From Chloracidobacterium sp. (GTDB lineage: Bacteria; Acidobacteriota; Blastocatellia; Pyrinomonadales; Pyrinomonadaceae): 64,000 nucleotides of DNA. Location of the stretch: positions 8,922-72,921 of the forward strand of contig JAYVER010000226.1 of assembly GCA_043748725.1 (NCBI GenBank), written 5' to 3'. Of the stretch, positions 7,427 to 17,100 are shown piece after piece. Made by a program: the position numbers and the translations under genes. The notes beneath the pieces were generated by a model, which had not been told where the DNA came from, did no database searches, and saw only the letters and a program-made list of their open reading frames with translations. Every line of letters starts with the position of its first letter. The stretch's first letter is position 1.

Positions 7427-7795
7427 ATGAACAGACTAGACAGTGTTGAGAATACACAAATAAAAGAGAATATTCCGGCCTTTCAGCCGGGCGACACGCT
7501 CCGCGTACACGTCCGCATTAAGGAAGGCAACAAGGAACGCCTACAGGCGTTCGAAGGCATCTGCATCGCCCGCAAACATGGCGGCGTGCGTGAGACGGTG
7601 ACCGTCCGCAAGGTCAGCTTTGGCGTCGGCGTCGAGCGTATCTTCCCATTGCACGCGACGGTGATCGACCACATCGACGTGCTTCGCCGCGGTAAGGTCC
7701 GCCGTGCGAAGCTTTATTATCTACGCGATCTCCGTGGCAAGGCCGCCCGTATCAAGGAACGAGATACACGGGCCAAGAAAAAGCAGGCAAGCTAA
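7427..7795 (+). CDS. rplS: 50S ribosomal protein L19
   Basis: [38 protein letters not shown]. The start was moved to the internal ATG at 7427. Confidence 0.93.
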   Translation: MNRLDSVENTQIKENIPAFQPGDTLRVHVRIKEGNKERLQAFEGICIARKHGGVRETVTVRKVSFGVGVERIFPLHATVIDHIDVLRRGKVRRAKLYYLRDLRGKAARIKERDTRAKKKQAS

Positions 7796-7820
7796 GCTAA
7801 AGACAAGGGAGACGCGGAGA

Positions 7821-8501
7821 ATGAGGGACGCGGAGAAGATCGATTCGTTTCAGCGAAACGCATCGGATCTCCGCGTTTCTTTGTTTCCGGATATGATGAT
7901 CACGGCGATCGGTCTGGATTTTGAGGAGCAGGCCCGTGCCGCCGGATTCCGATTCATCGCCGGTTTGGACGAGGTCGGCCGCGGGTGCCTTGCCGGACCG
8001 GTTGTAGCCGGGGCCTGTATACTCGATATCTCGCGGCCATTGCCGAAAGGATTGAACGATTCAAAAAAACTCACTGCGATCAAGCGTGAAGAGATCGCCG
8101 AAGAGCTAAAAGAGTTTGCCCTAGCGTACTCGGTCGGCCAGATCGAGGCCGATGAGATTGACCGGATCAATATCCTCGAAGCAACAAAAAAGGCGATGCT
8201 GGCGGCGATAGACAGCCTTGCATTCGCTGCCGATTTTCTCCTCATCGACGCGCTTCAATTAAAACAATCGCCGCTCCCGCAAAAGGCGATCATCAAAGGC
8301 GATTCGATCTCAGCGTCGATTGCCGCCGCCTCGATAATCGCAAAAACATACCGTGATAATTTAATGGTGGAATATGACCGCGAGTATCCCGAATACGGCT
8401 TCGCGGGCCACAAAGGCTACGGTGCGGCGACGCATTTCGAAGCGATTCGAAAATATGGCGCTTGTCCGCTGCACCGGAAAACCTTTCGCGGAGTTGTGTA
8501 A
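7821..8501 (+). CDS. rnhB: ribonuclease HII
   Basis: IAGLDEVGRGCLAGPVVAGACIL...DSKKL...HKGYG. The start was placed at ATG 7821, which follows GGAGA. Confidence 0.9.
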   Translation: MRDAEKIDSFQRNASDLRVSLFPDMMITAIGLDFEEQARAAGFRFIAGLDEVGRGCLAGPVVAGACILDISRPLPKGLNDSKKLTAIKREEIAEELKEFALAYSVGQIEADEIDRINILEATKKAMLAAIDSLAFAADFLLIDALQLKQSPLPQKAIIKGDSISASIAAASIIAKTYRDNLMVEYDREYPEYGFAGHKGYGAATHFEAIRKYGACPLHRKTFRGVV

Positions 8502-8529
8502 TCCAAGTCACGTAACAAGGAGAAAATTA

Positions 8530-9063
8530 ATGGCAGATGAAGAAACGGAAGGCACCGGTTCGGCCGGGACTGCATATTCGGGACCACGAGCATTTGAAAC
8601 TATTGTTCACGGCGGGTTGGCGATCGGCGTGTTGGATTTTCTTGACGCGAGCATCTTTTTCCCGCTTTATTACGGGATAACATTTCAGAGCGTCTGGTGG
8701 GGGCCCGCGTCAGGCTTGCTGGGTCGAGAAGCGGCGAGGGCAGGCGGGTGGAATACGGCGTTGCTCGGCATACTATTGCACTTTGTTGTGGCATTTTGCA
8801 TCGCAACGGTTTATTTCCTAGTTAGCCGATACTTAGCCGCAGTGAATCGGCCAGTGATATTCGGTTTGATCTACGGCATTGTCGCTAATCTCGTGATGCA
8901 GAATGTCGTTATACCTTTGTCGGCCATCGGCCCACGCACGACGGTGGAGCCATTCGGCTCGGTGCTCAACAGTTTCATCGGCCATGCGTTGCTTGTTGGG
9001 CTTCCGGTCGCGTTGATCGCAAACTGGTCGGCTAGGAAAAATGCGAGAACGGCTAGCGCCTAA
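8530..9063 (+). CDS. hypothetical integral membrane protein
   Basis: There are several hydrophobic segments. The start was set at the MADEET ATG after an AGGAGA-like RBS. Confidence 0.6.
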   Translation: MADEETEGTGSAGTAYSGPRAFETIVHGGLAIGVLDFLDASIFFPLYYGITFQSVWWGPASGLLGREAARAGGWNTALLGILLHFVVAFCIATVYFLVSRYLAAVNRPVIFGLIYGIVANLVMQNVVIPLSAIGPRTTVEPFGSVLNSFIGHALLVGLPVALIANWSARKNARTASA

Positions 9064-9884
9064 AATACGATCCACTCAGTCGGCTCTTTGTGATGCGAGA
9101 TCGAGATTTTTGTCTCGGCTTTGAATAGCGGAGCACGCATTTGGATAGCTGTTTCGGCCATTAGGCGGGCTAAGTGCGGCTCGTTTGCTCGTTGCGAGAG
9201 ATGGGCAAGTACGATGTAGCGGGCTGAACCGTCAAATTCGTTTTGGAGCCAATCGGAAAGGTCTTCGTTTGAGAGATGGCCGGTACGGGACATTATCCGC
9301 TGCTTTAGTTCCCAAGTGTAAACGGAGCACGCACGGAGCATATCGCGGCTGTGATTTGATTCGACAACGATCGCGTCACATCCCTTCAGTTTTCCCTTGA
9401 TAAGGTCGCTGATGTGGCCAAAGTCCATTAATGTTGCGACCTTGACGCCATCTTTTTTCGCGACAAAACCAAAATTATCCGCCGCATCGTGCGGCACGCT
9501 GAATGGCTCGAAATCGATATCGCCGATCCGAAATTCGCGGCTTGATTCGATCTCGATGGTTTTGTCTTTTAAGGCCGCCCGCCGTTTTGACGATTCGCTG
9601 TCGCCGTTTTGGCCGCCGGCACGCGTGTCGTAAAAGGCGTCTTCGGTGGGTCGCGACAAATAAACCGGACAATCAACCGCTCCCATCAACACGCGAAGGC
9701 CGCCGACGTGGTCGCTGTGCTCGTGCGTTATCAATACGCCATCGAGTCGATCGCAACCGACCTCGGCGAGACGGCGCAATATCTCACGAGCGCTCATTCC
9801 CGCATCAACGAGAACGTTGGTTTTCTCGCTGGAGATGAGCACGGCGTTGCCAGTCGAACCGCTGCCTAGAACAGTAAATCTCAT
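9060..9884 (-). CDS. MBL-fold metallo-hydrolase
   Basis: A HEHSDH motif is present, with a YycJ-like layout. Confidence 0.85.
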   Translation of the reverse strand: MRFTVLGSGSTGNAVLISSEKTNVLVDAGMSAREILRRLAEVGCDRLDGVLITHEHSDHVGGLRVLMGAVDCPVYLSRPTEDAFYDTRAGGQNGDSESSKRRAALKDKTIEIESSREFRIGDIDFEPFSVPHDAADNFGFVAKKDGVKVATLMDFGHISDLIKGKLKGCDAIVVESNHSRDMLRACSVYTWELKQRIMSRTGHLSNEDLSDWLQNEFDGSARYIVLAHLSQRANEPHLARLMAETAIQMRAPLFKAETKISISHHKEPTEWIVF

Positions 9885-10666
9885 CTATCTCCCTGGTACT
9901 TATCGCGAAGACCTTTGGCCATGACGCGGGTAATGAGCGCGTTCGGCACAAAGTTAACAATTCGAGAAACGAGGTCGTTTGTAAATCCTGAAACGACGCG
10001 TGTACGTCCGCTTTTGACGGCACTTAAGGCGGTTTCGACCACATCTTCGGCGGTTTGCTGGCCCTTGACCTGAATTATACGCTCCATATTCGCGGCGGCC
10101 TGAAAATTTGTTTTCGTCGAGCCGGGACATAAGGCAAGAACTTTGATGCCGTACGACTGGACCTCGGCGGCAAGAGCTTCGGAGAATGAATTCACAAACG
10201 CCTTGGTCGCGGCATAGGTCGTCATAAACGGTATCGGTTGAAAGCCTGCGGCAGATGAAACATTGATGATCTGGCCACCGCGGCGTTCACGCATTCCCTG
10301 TAAATACCGATGTGTCAGAGCTACAAGAGAGCGAATATTCAGGTCGATCATCCCCAATTCGTGATCGAGATCCAACCGTGAAAAATCACCGTATGACCCA
10401 AAACCGGCGTTGTTGATAAGCCAATCGACCTCGAAACCGTGTTTCTCAGTTTCCTCAAACAGCCGTGTATCGGCGTCCGCTTCGGTCAGATCAAGCCCCA
10501 CATAATGGGCCATGACCTCGTGCTTGAGCATCAGCTCGTCGCAAAGCTCGTGAAGCTTATTCTCGTTTCGCGCGACAAGCACAAGATTATGCTTCTCACC
10601 CGCCAGACGCCGGGCAAACGCTTCGCCAATGCCGCATGATGCACCCGTGATGAGGGTTACTTTCAT
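9881..10666 (-). CDS. SDR-family oxidoreductase
   Basis: TGASCGIGEAF cofactor motif and YAATK catalytic motif. Confidence 0.88.
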   Translation of the reverse strand: MKVTLITGASCGIGEAFARRLAGEKHNLVLVARNENKLHELCDELMLKHEVMAHYVGLDLTEADADTRLFEETEKHGFEVDWLINNAGFGSYGDFSRLDLDHELGMIDLNIRSLVALTHRYLQGMRERRGGQIINVSSAAGFQPIPFMTTYAATKAFVNSFSEALAAEVQSYGIKVLALCPGSTKTNFQAAANMERIIQVKGQQTAEDVVETALSAVKSGRTRVVSGFTNDLVSRIVNFVPNALITRVMAKGLRDKYQGDR

Positions 10667-11178
10667 AACTCTTCGTCAGACTTTTTGAACGAGAAATATA
10701 TGGACAAAACGCTCGATATAAGTATAGTGGATGTCCCAACCAAACGGATAATCCCGGCGACCGTCTTGGTTGAGCCGAGCAGCCCGAGGTGGTCGAGCAT
10801 ATAATTCCAATCGTGAAAACTGCCTTCGGCGCCCGTAAATCCGCTTGTCAAAACGAGCTGCATGACGACTGCATCCGCCGCGTAAACCCATACATTCAGG
10901 GTGCTCTGACCGACCCACAGCAAAACGATCGCGGCAGAATAAAACTGGCGCTGCCAGGCAAAATATCCGACAAATACAGCCGGAAATATCACCTGAAATA
11001 ACGATCCGCCGGCGATCATCATAAATTCGCCAAACGGCCGAAACAGCAGATGCCCCGTTTCATGAATAGGCAGATCGACATTATCAAGAAAGCTGCCCTG
11101 CATCGGATCGTACGCGATCCAGAGGAAATAAATGCTCAGTAGGATGGCAAAAATGAGTTTTGGAATGTTTGGTTTCAT
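10663..11178 (-). CDS. hypothetical membrane protein with an HETGH (HExxH-like) motif
   Basis: ORF with multiple TM-like segments and a 4-bp overlap with the downstream SDR gene. Confidence 0.55.
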   Translation of the reverse strand: MKPNIPKLIFAILLSIYFLWIAYDPMQGSFLDNVDLPIHETGHLLFRPFGEFMMIAGGSLFQVIFPAVFVGYFAWQRQFYSAAIVLLWVGQSTLNVWVYAADAVVMQLVLTSGFTGAEGSFHDWNYMLDHLGLLGSTKTVAGIIRLVGTSTILISSVLSIYFSFKKSDEEL

Positions 11179-11202
11179 TCGATCACCATAATTCGGATTT
11201 CA

Positions 11203-11384
11203 CGTCGCCAAAGGCGACGAACAATAAAGCCCAGGGTGAATTGAGCGAAGCGAATGGAACCCTGGGATAATGTTTGAATATGACATCGTCGCCGAAGGTG
11301 ACGAACAAGTCCTTGTTGCTCCCTTTCAGGGAGCGATTCCAATACCGTCTCATACCTGGGCTTTCGCTTCGCTTCACCCCAGGC
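11203..11384. repeat. composite structured repeat (five hairpins; MITE- or REP-like)
   Basis: Hairpins: CGTCGCC-aaa-GGCGACG (11203-11219), a near copy at 11287-11303, and GCTCCC-tttca-GGGAGC (11318-11334). Two CCCAGGG..GCGAAGCGAA..CCCTGGG units lie in inverted orientation (11229-11266 and 11355-11384). Confidence 0.8.
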
Positions 11385-11385
11385 T

Positions 11386-11913
11386 TTACTGTTTGTCGCC
11401 GTTGGCGATAAGGAATTCATCGCGCGCGACCGCATAAAAAACGCACTCAACGCCATAATGCTCCTCAGTTTTTTGATAGGTCATCCCGCATTTTTCCATT
11501 ATTTTCCAAGAGCCTATGTTTTCTGGGTAGGCAACCGCAACGATCCGCTCGAGGCCGCATGTTTCAAAGCCGTAAGTCAGCCACGCCATAGCACATTCAT
11601 AGCCGTAACCCTGCCGCCAGAACCTTTCGGATAAATTGTAACCGACCTCGATCTCGCCGGTGTCCTCGAGCGGCTGCAACCCGCTCGTACCTATCAACTC
11701 GCAGGTTTTTTTAAGCGCCATCGCGCAGTTTCCAAAACCGAACTTATCGTAGCAGTCAATATAAAATTTAAGCCTGACGGCGAGAGCTTCCGGGTTGTGC
11801 ATCTTGGTCCCACCGAGATAGCGGTTAACGGGCTCGGGAACACGCATCTCGATCAGCCACGGCAAATCGTCGGGCGTGAGTTTCCGGAAAATTAGTCTTT
11901 CGGATTCGAGCAT
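11386..11913 (-). CDS. GNAT-family N-acetyltransferase (RimJ/RimL-like)
   Basis: RFWRQGYGYECAMAWLTYGFE is a GNAT core. Confidence 0.85.
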   Translation of the reverse strand: MLESERLIFRKLTPDDLPWLIEMRVPEPVNRYLGGTKMHNPEALAVRLKFYIDCYDKFGFGNCAMALKKTCELIGTSGLQPLEDTGEIEVGYNLSERFWRQGYGYECAMAWLTYGFETCGLERIVAVAYPENIGSWKIMEKCGMTYQKTEEHYGVECVFYAVARDEFLIANGDKQ

Positions 11914-11920
11914 AAATCAG

Positions 11921-11955
11921 GTCAGAACCGGGAGCGGTAGCGACTGGGTTTTTTT
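11921..11955 (+). repeat. GTCAGAACC-headed dispersed repeat copy
   Basis: gtcagaaccgggagcggtagcgactgggttttttt. Confidence 0.7.
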
Positions 11956-12599
11956 CAAGGCGAAAGCCGCGAAATTGTCCATTCGCCGCCAATCAGATCA
12001 TAACAAATACGGTCGTGCAGGCGATTACGCCGGCCCTGCCAGAATTCAAAACGGTCTGGTTTCAGGCGAAACCCACCCCAAAATGGAGGTAAAGGAACGT
12101 TGCCGTCCGAGTATTTTCCCCGAAGCTCCTCGACCCGTTTTTCCAGATCATCCCGCGATTCGATCGTGCGGCTTTGCTTTGACGCCGAAGCGCCGATGCG
12201 GCTTTCGAAGGGCCGCGAGCGAAAATACTGTGCAGATTCTTCGCGTGAGGTGCGTGCGACGGCGCCGCGTATGTTTAGCTGCCGCTCAAGTTCCGGCCAG
12301 AAAAAATGTATAGCAGCATTAGGATTTGCAGCAAGTTCCCGCCCTTTTTGGCTCTCGTAATTTGTAAAAAAAACAAAACCGCTCGCGTCAAAACCCTTTA
12401 GCAAAACCACTCGCGAAGAGGGCCGGTTTTCTATGCCGACTGTCGACAAAGTCATTGCCGTCGGTTCGATCAGCTCAGCCTTGAGAGCATCGTTCATCCA
12501 GCGGTCAAATTGCGCGAAAGGGTCAGCCGAAACGCTGTCTTCGGAAAGCTCGCTGTGCGAATAGTCGCGCCGTATGTCTGCCAGGTGTTTGTTATCCAT
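11955..12599 (-). CDS. pdxH: pyridoxamine 5'-phosphate oxidase
   Basis: RVVLLKGFDASGFVFFTNYESQKG...WGGFRLKPDRFEFWQGRRNRLHDR. Confidence 0.95.
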   Translation of the reverse strand: MDNKHLADIRRDYSHSELSEDSVSADPFAQFDRWMNDALKAELIEPTAMTLSTVGIENRPSSRVVLLKGFDASGFVFFTNYESQKGRELAANPNAAIHFFWPELERQLNIRGAVARTSREESAQYFRSRPFESRIGASASKQSRTIESRDDLEKRVEELRGKYSDGNVPLPPFWGGFRLKPDRFEFWQGRRNRLHDRICYDLIGGEWTISRLSP

Positions 12600-12603
12600 G
12601 CGG

Positions 12604-13833
12604 TTAGATTATGTGAACGAGCAAACCGTCTTTCAGCTTTGGCTCAAACCACGTCGATTTTGGCGGCATGATCTCGCCCATGTCCGAGACGGCGAATAGA
12701 TCGTCCATCGTTGTCGCGAACATCGAGAACGCGACCTTTGCCTCGCCCTCATTGACCATTCGTTCCAGCTCCACCGTTCCACGCGCCCCGCCGACAAAGG
12801 CGATGCGCGGGTCGGTCCGCACGTCTTTGATGCCTAAAACAGGTTCGAGAATGAAATGCTGAAGGATACTTACATCCAAACTCTCGATCGGGTCCGGCTT
12901 GCGGTTATACTGCACATTAAACCTCAGTTTCCGCCACAATCCGTCCACGTACAGGCACATTTCACCCGGATTTTGTGGCACAGTTTCGAGGGTTTCGTCG
13001 CTCAAAATAAAGTTTTCCCTAATTTTATCGAAAAAAACCTCTTCGGTCAGACCGTTGAGATCCTTGACAACGCGATTATACGGCAAAATTCGTAGGTCTT
13101 CGGCGGGAAACATTCCGGCTACTACGTAATTATATTCTTCCTTGCCGGTGTGTTCGGGATTGGCCGCCGCCCTGGTGTCGCGTGCCAACTTAGCGCTTTC
13201 CGCGCGGTGATGGCCGTCCGCGATATAGATCGCGGGCAAATCACCAAACGCCGCGACCCACGGTTCAGTATCGGTGATGCGCCACACCTTTTGCCTAACG
13301 CATTCCGGGCAGTCAAAGTCATATATTGGCTCTTCCTCTATCGCGTCGGCGATCAGTTCCTCGATCGTGTCCGTGTTGCGAAACGCCAGAAATATAAGCC
13401 CCGTCTGAGCTTCGACGGCGAGCATATGACCGGTTCGGTCGGCAACCTTATCCGGCCTCACCTTTTCATGTTTTTTTATAAGGCCCGCGTCATAATCGTC
13501 GATCGAGCAGCAAGCAACGAGTCCAGTCTGGGTATGGTCGGCGGCGGCGAGCTGATAGACGTAAACAGCCGGCTCAACATCCTGTATCAAAATGCCGTCT
13601 CTGATAAACTGCTCCAGATTTTGCCGCGCTCGCTCAAAAACAAGTGTCGCCTCCGTGTGTGTCCCTTCCGGAAATTCGGCCTCTGAACGCGTTACACGCA
13701 AAAAGCTGTCCGGGTTATGCGCAATGGTCGATCTCACCTCCGAGTCGTAGGGCACGTCGTAAGGCACGCACGATACGTGCTTCGCCTTATCCGGCGCGGG
13801 CAGCAAAGCTCTGAACGGTTTTATAATTGCCAA
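12604..13833 (-). CDS. DUF1015-family protein
   Basis: IKPFRALLP start and ADGHHR motif. The start was reassigned to the TTG at 13833, 7 nt after AGGAG. Confidence 0.8.
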   Translation of the reverse strand: MAIIKPFRALLPAPDKAKHVSCVPYDVPYDSEVRSTIAHNPDSFLRVTRSEAEFPEGTHTEATLVFERARQNLEQFIRDGILIQDVEPAVYVYQLAAADHTQTGLVACCSIDDYDAGLIKKHEKVRPDKVADRTGHMLAVEAQTGLIFLAFRNTDTIEELIADAIEEEPIYDFDCPECVRQKVWRITDTEPWVAAFGDLPAIYIADGHHRAESAKLARDTRAAANPEHTGKEEYNYVVAGMFPAEDLRILPYNRVVKDLNGLTEEVFFDKIRENFILSDETLETVPQNPGEMCLYVDGLWRKLRFNVQYNRKPDPIESLDVSILQHFILEPVLGIKDVRTDPRIAFVGGARGTVELERMVNEGEAKVAFSMFATTMDDLFAVSDMGEIMPPKSTWFEPKLKDGLLVHII

Positions 13834-13852
13834 TTTTTTGCTCCTGAGACAG

Positions 13853-14320
13853 CTATTGCGGTGTAGGCGAACTGTCGCCCGTCTCACCAAACGCTCGATT
13901 TTGTTGATCCTGGATATCCTTCATCATCTTGTCGGCATAGCCCTGTTTGTCTATCTTCCACACACCGTCCTCGCGGACAAACGGCACGGTTTCCCACGCC
14001 AGACGGGAATTTTTTACCAACAGGGTCGCCTTGTCGCCATCGATCTTTTCGTCGCGGTACTCGACCGATTTTTGACCTTCGCTGAATAATGTTTCGCGTT
14101 TAATAATATCGTCAACCGTCACACCCTGTGCCTTTGCCTCTTTCTCGTGCATCTTGATCGTTGCGTTCGAGAGCAGCAGCTTCATCGTCGTATAGTCTTT
14201 CTGCTTGAGAGCTTTGGTGTATGTCTTAAAAGTTTGAAGCGGCGTCGAAGGCTCGCTCGCGGCGCAGGCTGCGATAAGCGAAATAAGTGAAAATATCAGA
14301 ATTCTTGACCAAATACGCAT
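13853..14320 (-). CDS. hypothetical lipoprotein
   Basis: Signal peptide with a lipobox (LIAAC). Confidence 0.65.
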   Translation of the reverse strand: MRIWSRILIFSLISLIAACAASEPSTPLQTFKTYTKALKQKDYTTMKLLLSNATIKMHEKEAKAQGVTVDDIIKRETLFSEGQKSVEYRDEKIDGDKATLLVKNSRLAWETVPFVREDGVWKIDKQGYADKMMKDIQDQQNRAFGETGDSSPTPQ

Positions 14321-14387
14321 TTTACGGATACCTTTAATAGTTACTCAAAACCTTAAGTATAGCGTAAAAACAAGGAGCCAAAAACGA

Positions 14388-14672
14388 ATGGAACGCAAAA
14401 TTCTCGATAGCTGCGAATTAGCCGACGCGGTCAAAGCCCTCGACGGTTGGTCGGCTGAGGCCAAGATATTAAAAAAACGATTCACTTTCGCAAACTTTGC
14501 CGAAAGTCTCGAATTTGTTAACCGTGTCGGCGCGCTTGCCGAGGCAGCAGACCACCACCCCGACATCACATTTGGCTGGGGCTATGCTGAACTCGCCCTA
14601 AAGACCCACGACCGCGGCGGAATAACGGATGTGGATATTGCTCTAGCTGGTAAGATCGATAAATTGCGCTAA
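14388..14672 (+). CDS. 4a-hydroxytetrahydrobiopterin (pterin-4-alpha-carbinolamine) dehydratase
   Basis: FANFAESLEFVNRVGALAEAADHHPD motif. Confidence 0.92.
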   Translation: MERKILDSCELADAVKALDGWSAEAKILKKRFTFANFAESLEFVNRVGALAEAADHHPDITFGWGYAELALKTHDRGGITDVDIALAGKIDKLR

Positions 14673-15178
14673 CTGTGACTCGATACCAAGCCGGAGTGTT
14701 TTAGGGTCTCTATTGGCAAATATAGGTGATTTTTATCATCGTTTAGCGGCACGAAAGCATATTTCAGATAAAATTGTCGGGCACTCTCAGTAAGGGCATA
14801 AAGTTCGACGGCGTAAATCCCAAGTTGTCCCGAAAGCTCGACTATTCGTTCCAAAGCGTCGATCAGCAGGAGCTCTCCCAAACGTTGGCCTTGCATTATT
14901 TTGTCAACCCCCAGCCTTCCGATATGAACGGTCGGAACTGGGTATCGAGGCAGCTTTTTCGGAATAATTTCAAACGATATGCTTCCGGATGACAAAGTGT
15001 AATATCCGCAAACATTTGTTTGTTCGGGCAAAACTGCGACAAAGGTTTTTCCTAAACCTATATCCATGTTTTGTCTCGCATACTGCTTGAGAAACTGATT
15101 CAGCGAGTATTCGCCGCAGTCAAAGGCTTCACGCTTATGCCTTTTTTCGAGCGGTTCGATGCGAAAATCGAGTTTCAT
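14669..15178 (-). CDS. GNAT-type toxin (TacT/AtaT-like) of a type II TA pair
   Basis: FDCGEYSLNQFL...IGRLGVDKIMQGQRLGELLL...FYLKYAFVP. It overlaps the upstream DUF1778 gene by 4 bp. Confidence 0.85.
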   Translation of the reverse strand: MKLDFRIEPLEKRHKREAFDCGEYSLNQFLKQYARQNMDIGLGKTFVAVLPEQTNVCGYYTLSSGSISFEIIPKKLPRYPVPTVHIGRLGVDKIMQGQRLGELLLIDALERIVELSGQLGIYAVELYALTESARQFYLKYAFVPLNDDKNHLYLPIETLKHSGLVSSHS

Positions 15179-15465
15179 TTAATTACGCGTTTACGATACT
15201 CCTTAACGGCGGCAAGCAGTGCCTCATTTGGTTCGGGTGGATTTTCCAGCATATCTAGAAAAATATCGCGGTCACGATCGGACAGGATGCGATTGTGATG
15301 CTTTTCCAAAACCTCATCGGCGGTATTGGCAAGAGCATTTATCGCAAAATCCGTGACTGTCAAACCAGACACAATAGCGGCCTTTTCGATCCGCTCCTTT
15401 ATGTCAGCCGGAAGCCGGAAATTAAACCGGGCAACTCCGTTTAATGTATTTTCGGCAACACTCAT
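15175..15465 (-). CDS. DUF1778 (TacA-like, RHH) antitoxin
   Basis: FNFRLPADIKERIEKAAIVSGLTVTDFAINAL... Confidence 0.85.
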   Translation of the reverse strand: MSVAENTLNGVARFNFRLPADIKERIEKAAIVSGLTVTDFAINALANTADEVLEKHHNRILSDRDRDIFLDMLENPPEPNEALLAAVKEYRKRVIK

Positions 15466-15498
15466 AATTCACCTCAAATCGGATCATAACACGAATTA

Positions 15499-15513
15499 GT
15501 GGCAAATTGCCAC
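15499..15513. promoter_or_regulatory. perfect palindrome GTGGCAA-A-TTGCCAC upstream of the TacA-like gene (candidate operator)
   Basis: Read directly. It lies 34 bp upstream of the start codon at 15465. Confidence 0.45.
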
Positions 15514-15621
15514 CGCAAGATTAACGACTGTATCTAATCTTTGCTTACCGTCCATGTTTCCGTTAAAATCGACCATTTAGTTATACAGTCTAATTTTCAC
15601 AGAGGATATTAAGAAAAAGTT

Positions 15622-17091
15622 ATGTCGAATGTACCTATTACGGTCGCCCATGGCGACGGCATCGGGCCGGAGATCATGGAGGCGACGCTGCATATTTTGA
15701 AGGCTGCCGGAGCGCGGATCGATATCGAGACGATTGAGATCGGCGAAAAGGTCTATTTATCGGGTAATTCCGCCGGGATCGCACCCGAATCATGGGACTG
15801 CCTCAGGCGGACGAAAGTCTTCCTCAAGGCACCGATCACGACTCCTCAAGGTGGCGGTTTCAAGTCGCTGAATGTTACCGTCCGCAAGACGCTCGGAATG
15901 TATGCAAATATCCGCCCGTGCGTATCGTATCACCCGTTTGTTGAGACGAAACACCCGGTGATGGATCTCGTCATCGTCCGCGAAAACGAAGAAGATACTT
16001 ACGCCGGCATCGAATATCGCCAAACCGATATGGTCGAGCAGTGCCTTAAGATCATTACGCGTCCCGGCTCGGAAAAGATCGTCCGATACGCCTTTGAATA
16101 CGCAACCCTAAACAATCGCAAAAAGATCACCTGCTTTATAAAAGACAACATCATGAAGCAGACTGACGGCCTGTTTCACCGTGTTTTTGATGAGATCGCG
16201 GCTGAATATCCGGCGATCGAGGCTGACCATTGGATCGTTGATATTGGGGCGGCCAAGATGGCCGACACTCCAGAGAATTTTGATGTGATCGTGATGCCAA
16301 ACCTATATGGTGACATCCTGTCGGACGTTGCGGCACAGATCGCCGGTTCGGTCGGGTTGGCCGGTTCGGCAAATATAGGCGAAAATATTTCGATGTTCGA
16401 GGCGATACACGGTTCGGCTCCGCGTCGTGCCGGACAAAACCTCGCCAATCCGTCTGGGCTGTTTTTGGGGGCGATCATGATGCTCGTGCATATCAATCAG
16501 CCCGACGTGGCGGAGCTCGCTCATAACGCATGGCTGCGGGCCATTGAGGACGGCGTCCACACTTACGATATTTTTAAGGAAGGCGTTTCCAAAGAAAAGG
16601 TCGGCACTAAGGAATTTGCCCAGGCCGTAGTCGATCGCATCGGACAAAAGCCTGAGACGCTCAAAGCGGTCAAGTATAAAAACGTCGAAGAGATCGCGGC
16701 CGCTGACAGAAAGCCGATCTATTCGATCCGCGAACCGCAAAAGAAAGACCTCGTCGGCGTAGATGTGTTTATCAATTGGTGGAACGGTAATTTTTACGGT
16801 GCCGGCAACGTGATCGGCGCCGAGATCGAAAAGCTCAGTTGCGAAGGCCTAAAGCTCATAATGGTTTCAAATCGCGGAACAAAAGTTTACCCGAAAGGAA
16901 ATGCCGATACTTTCTGTGTTGATCACTGGCGATGCCGCTTTATTGCCGAAAACCAGGGCGAAACTATCTCGCATCAGCAGGTGATCGATCTGCTCGGCAG
17001 ATTTGATGCTGCCGGATTCGATTTCATCAAAACAGAGCATCTCTATAATTTTGATGGCCAGCCCGGTTATTCGCTCGGACAGGGTCAATAA
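15622..17091 (+). CDS. icd: isocitrate dehydrogenase (NADP-type, long form)
   Basis: ITVAHGDGIGPEIM...NIRPC...NLYGDILSD family motifs. Confidence 0.9.
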   Translation: MSNVPITVAHGDGIGPEIMEATLHILKAAGARIDIETIEIGEKVYLSGNSAGIAPESWDCLRRTKVFLKAPITTPQGGGFKSLNVTVRKTLGMYANIRPCVSYHPFVETKHPVMDLVIVRENEEDTYAGIEYRQTDMVEQCLKIITRPGSEKIVRYAFEYATLNNRKKITCFIKDNIMKQTDGLFHRVFDEIAAEYPAIEADHWIVDIGAAKMADTPENFDVIVMPNLYGDILSDVAAQIAGSVGLAGSANIGENISMFEAIHGSAPRRAGQNLANPSGLFLGAIMMLVHINQPDVAELAHNAWLRAIEDGVHTYDIFKEGVSKEKVGTKEFAQAVVDRIGQKPETLKAVKYKNVEEIAAADRKPIYSIREPQKKDLVGVDVFINWWNGNFYGAGNVIGAEIEKLSCEGLKLIMVSNRGTKVYPKGNADTFCVDHWRCRFIAENQGETISHQQVIDLLGRFDAAGFDFIKTEHLYNFDGQPGYSLGQGQ

Positions 17092-17100
17092 GTAATTATT

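Noticed and set aside
11175-11456. 93-aa and 64-aa minus-strand ORFs in the GNAT-membrane protein gap
   Set aside because: They are composed entirely of hairpin and repeat units (FVAFGDVKSE, PRVPFASLNSPWA-type junk peptides).
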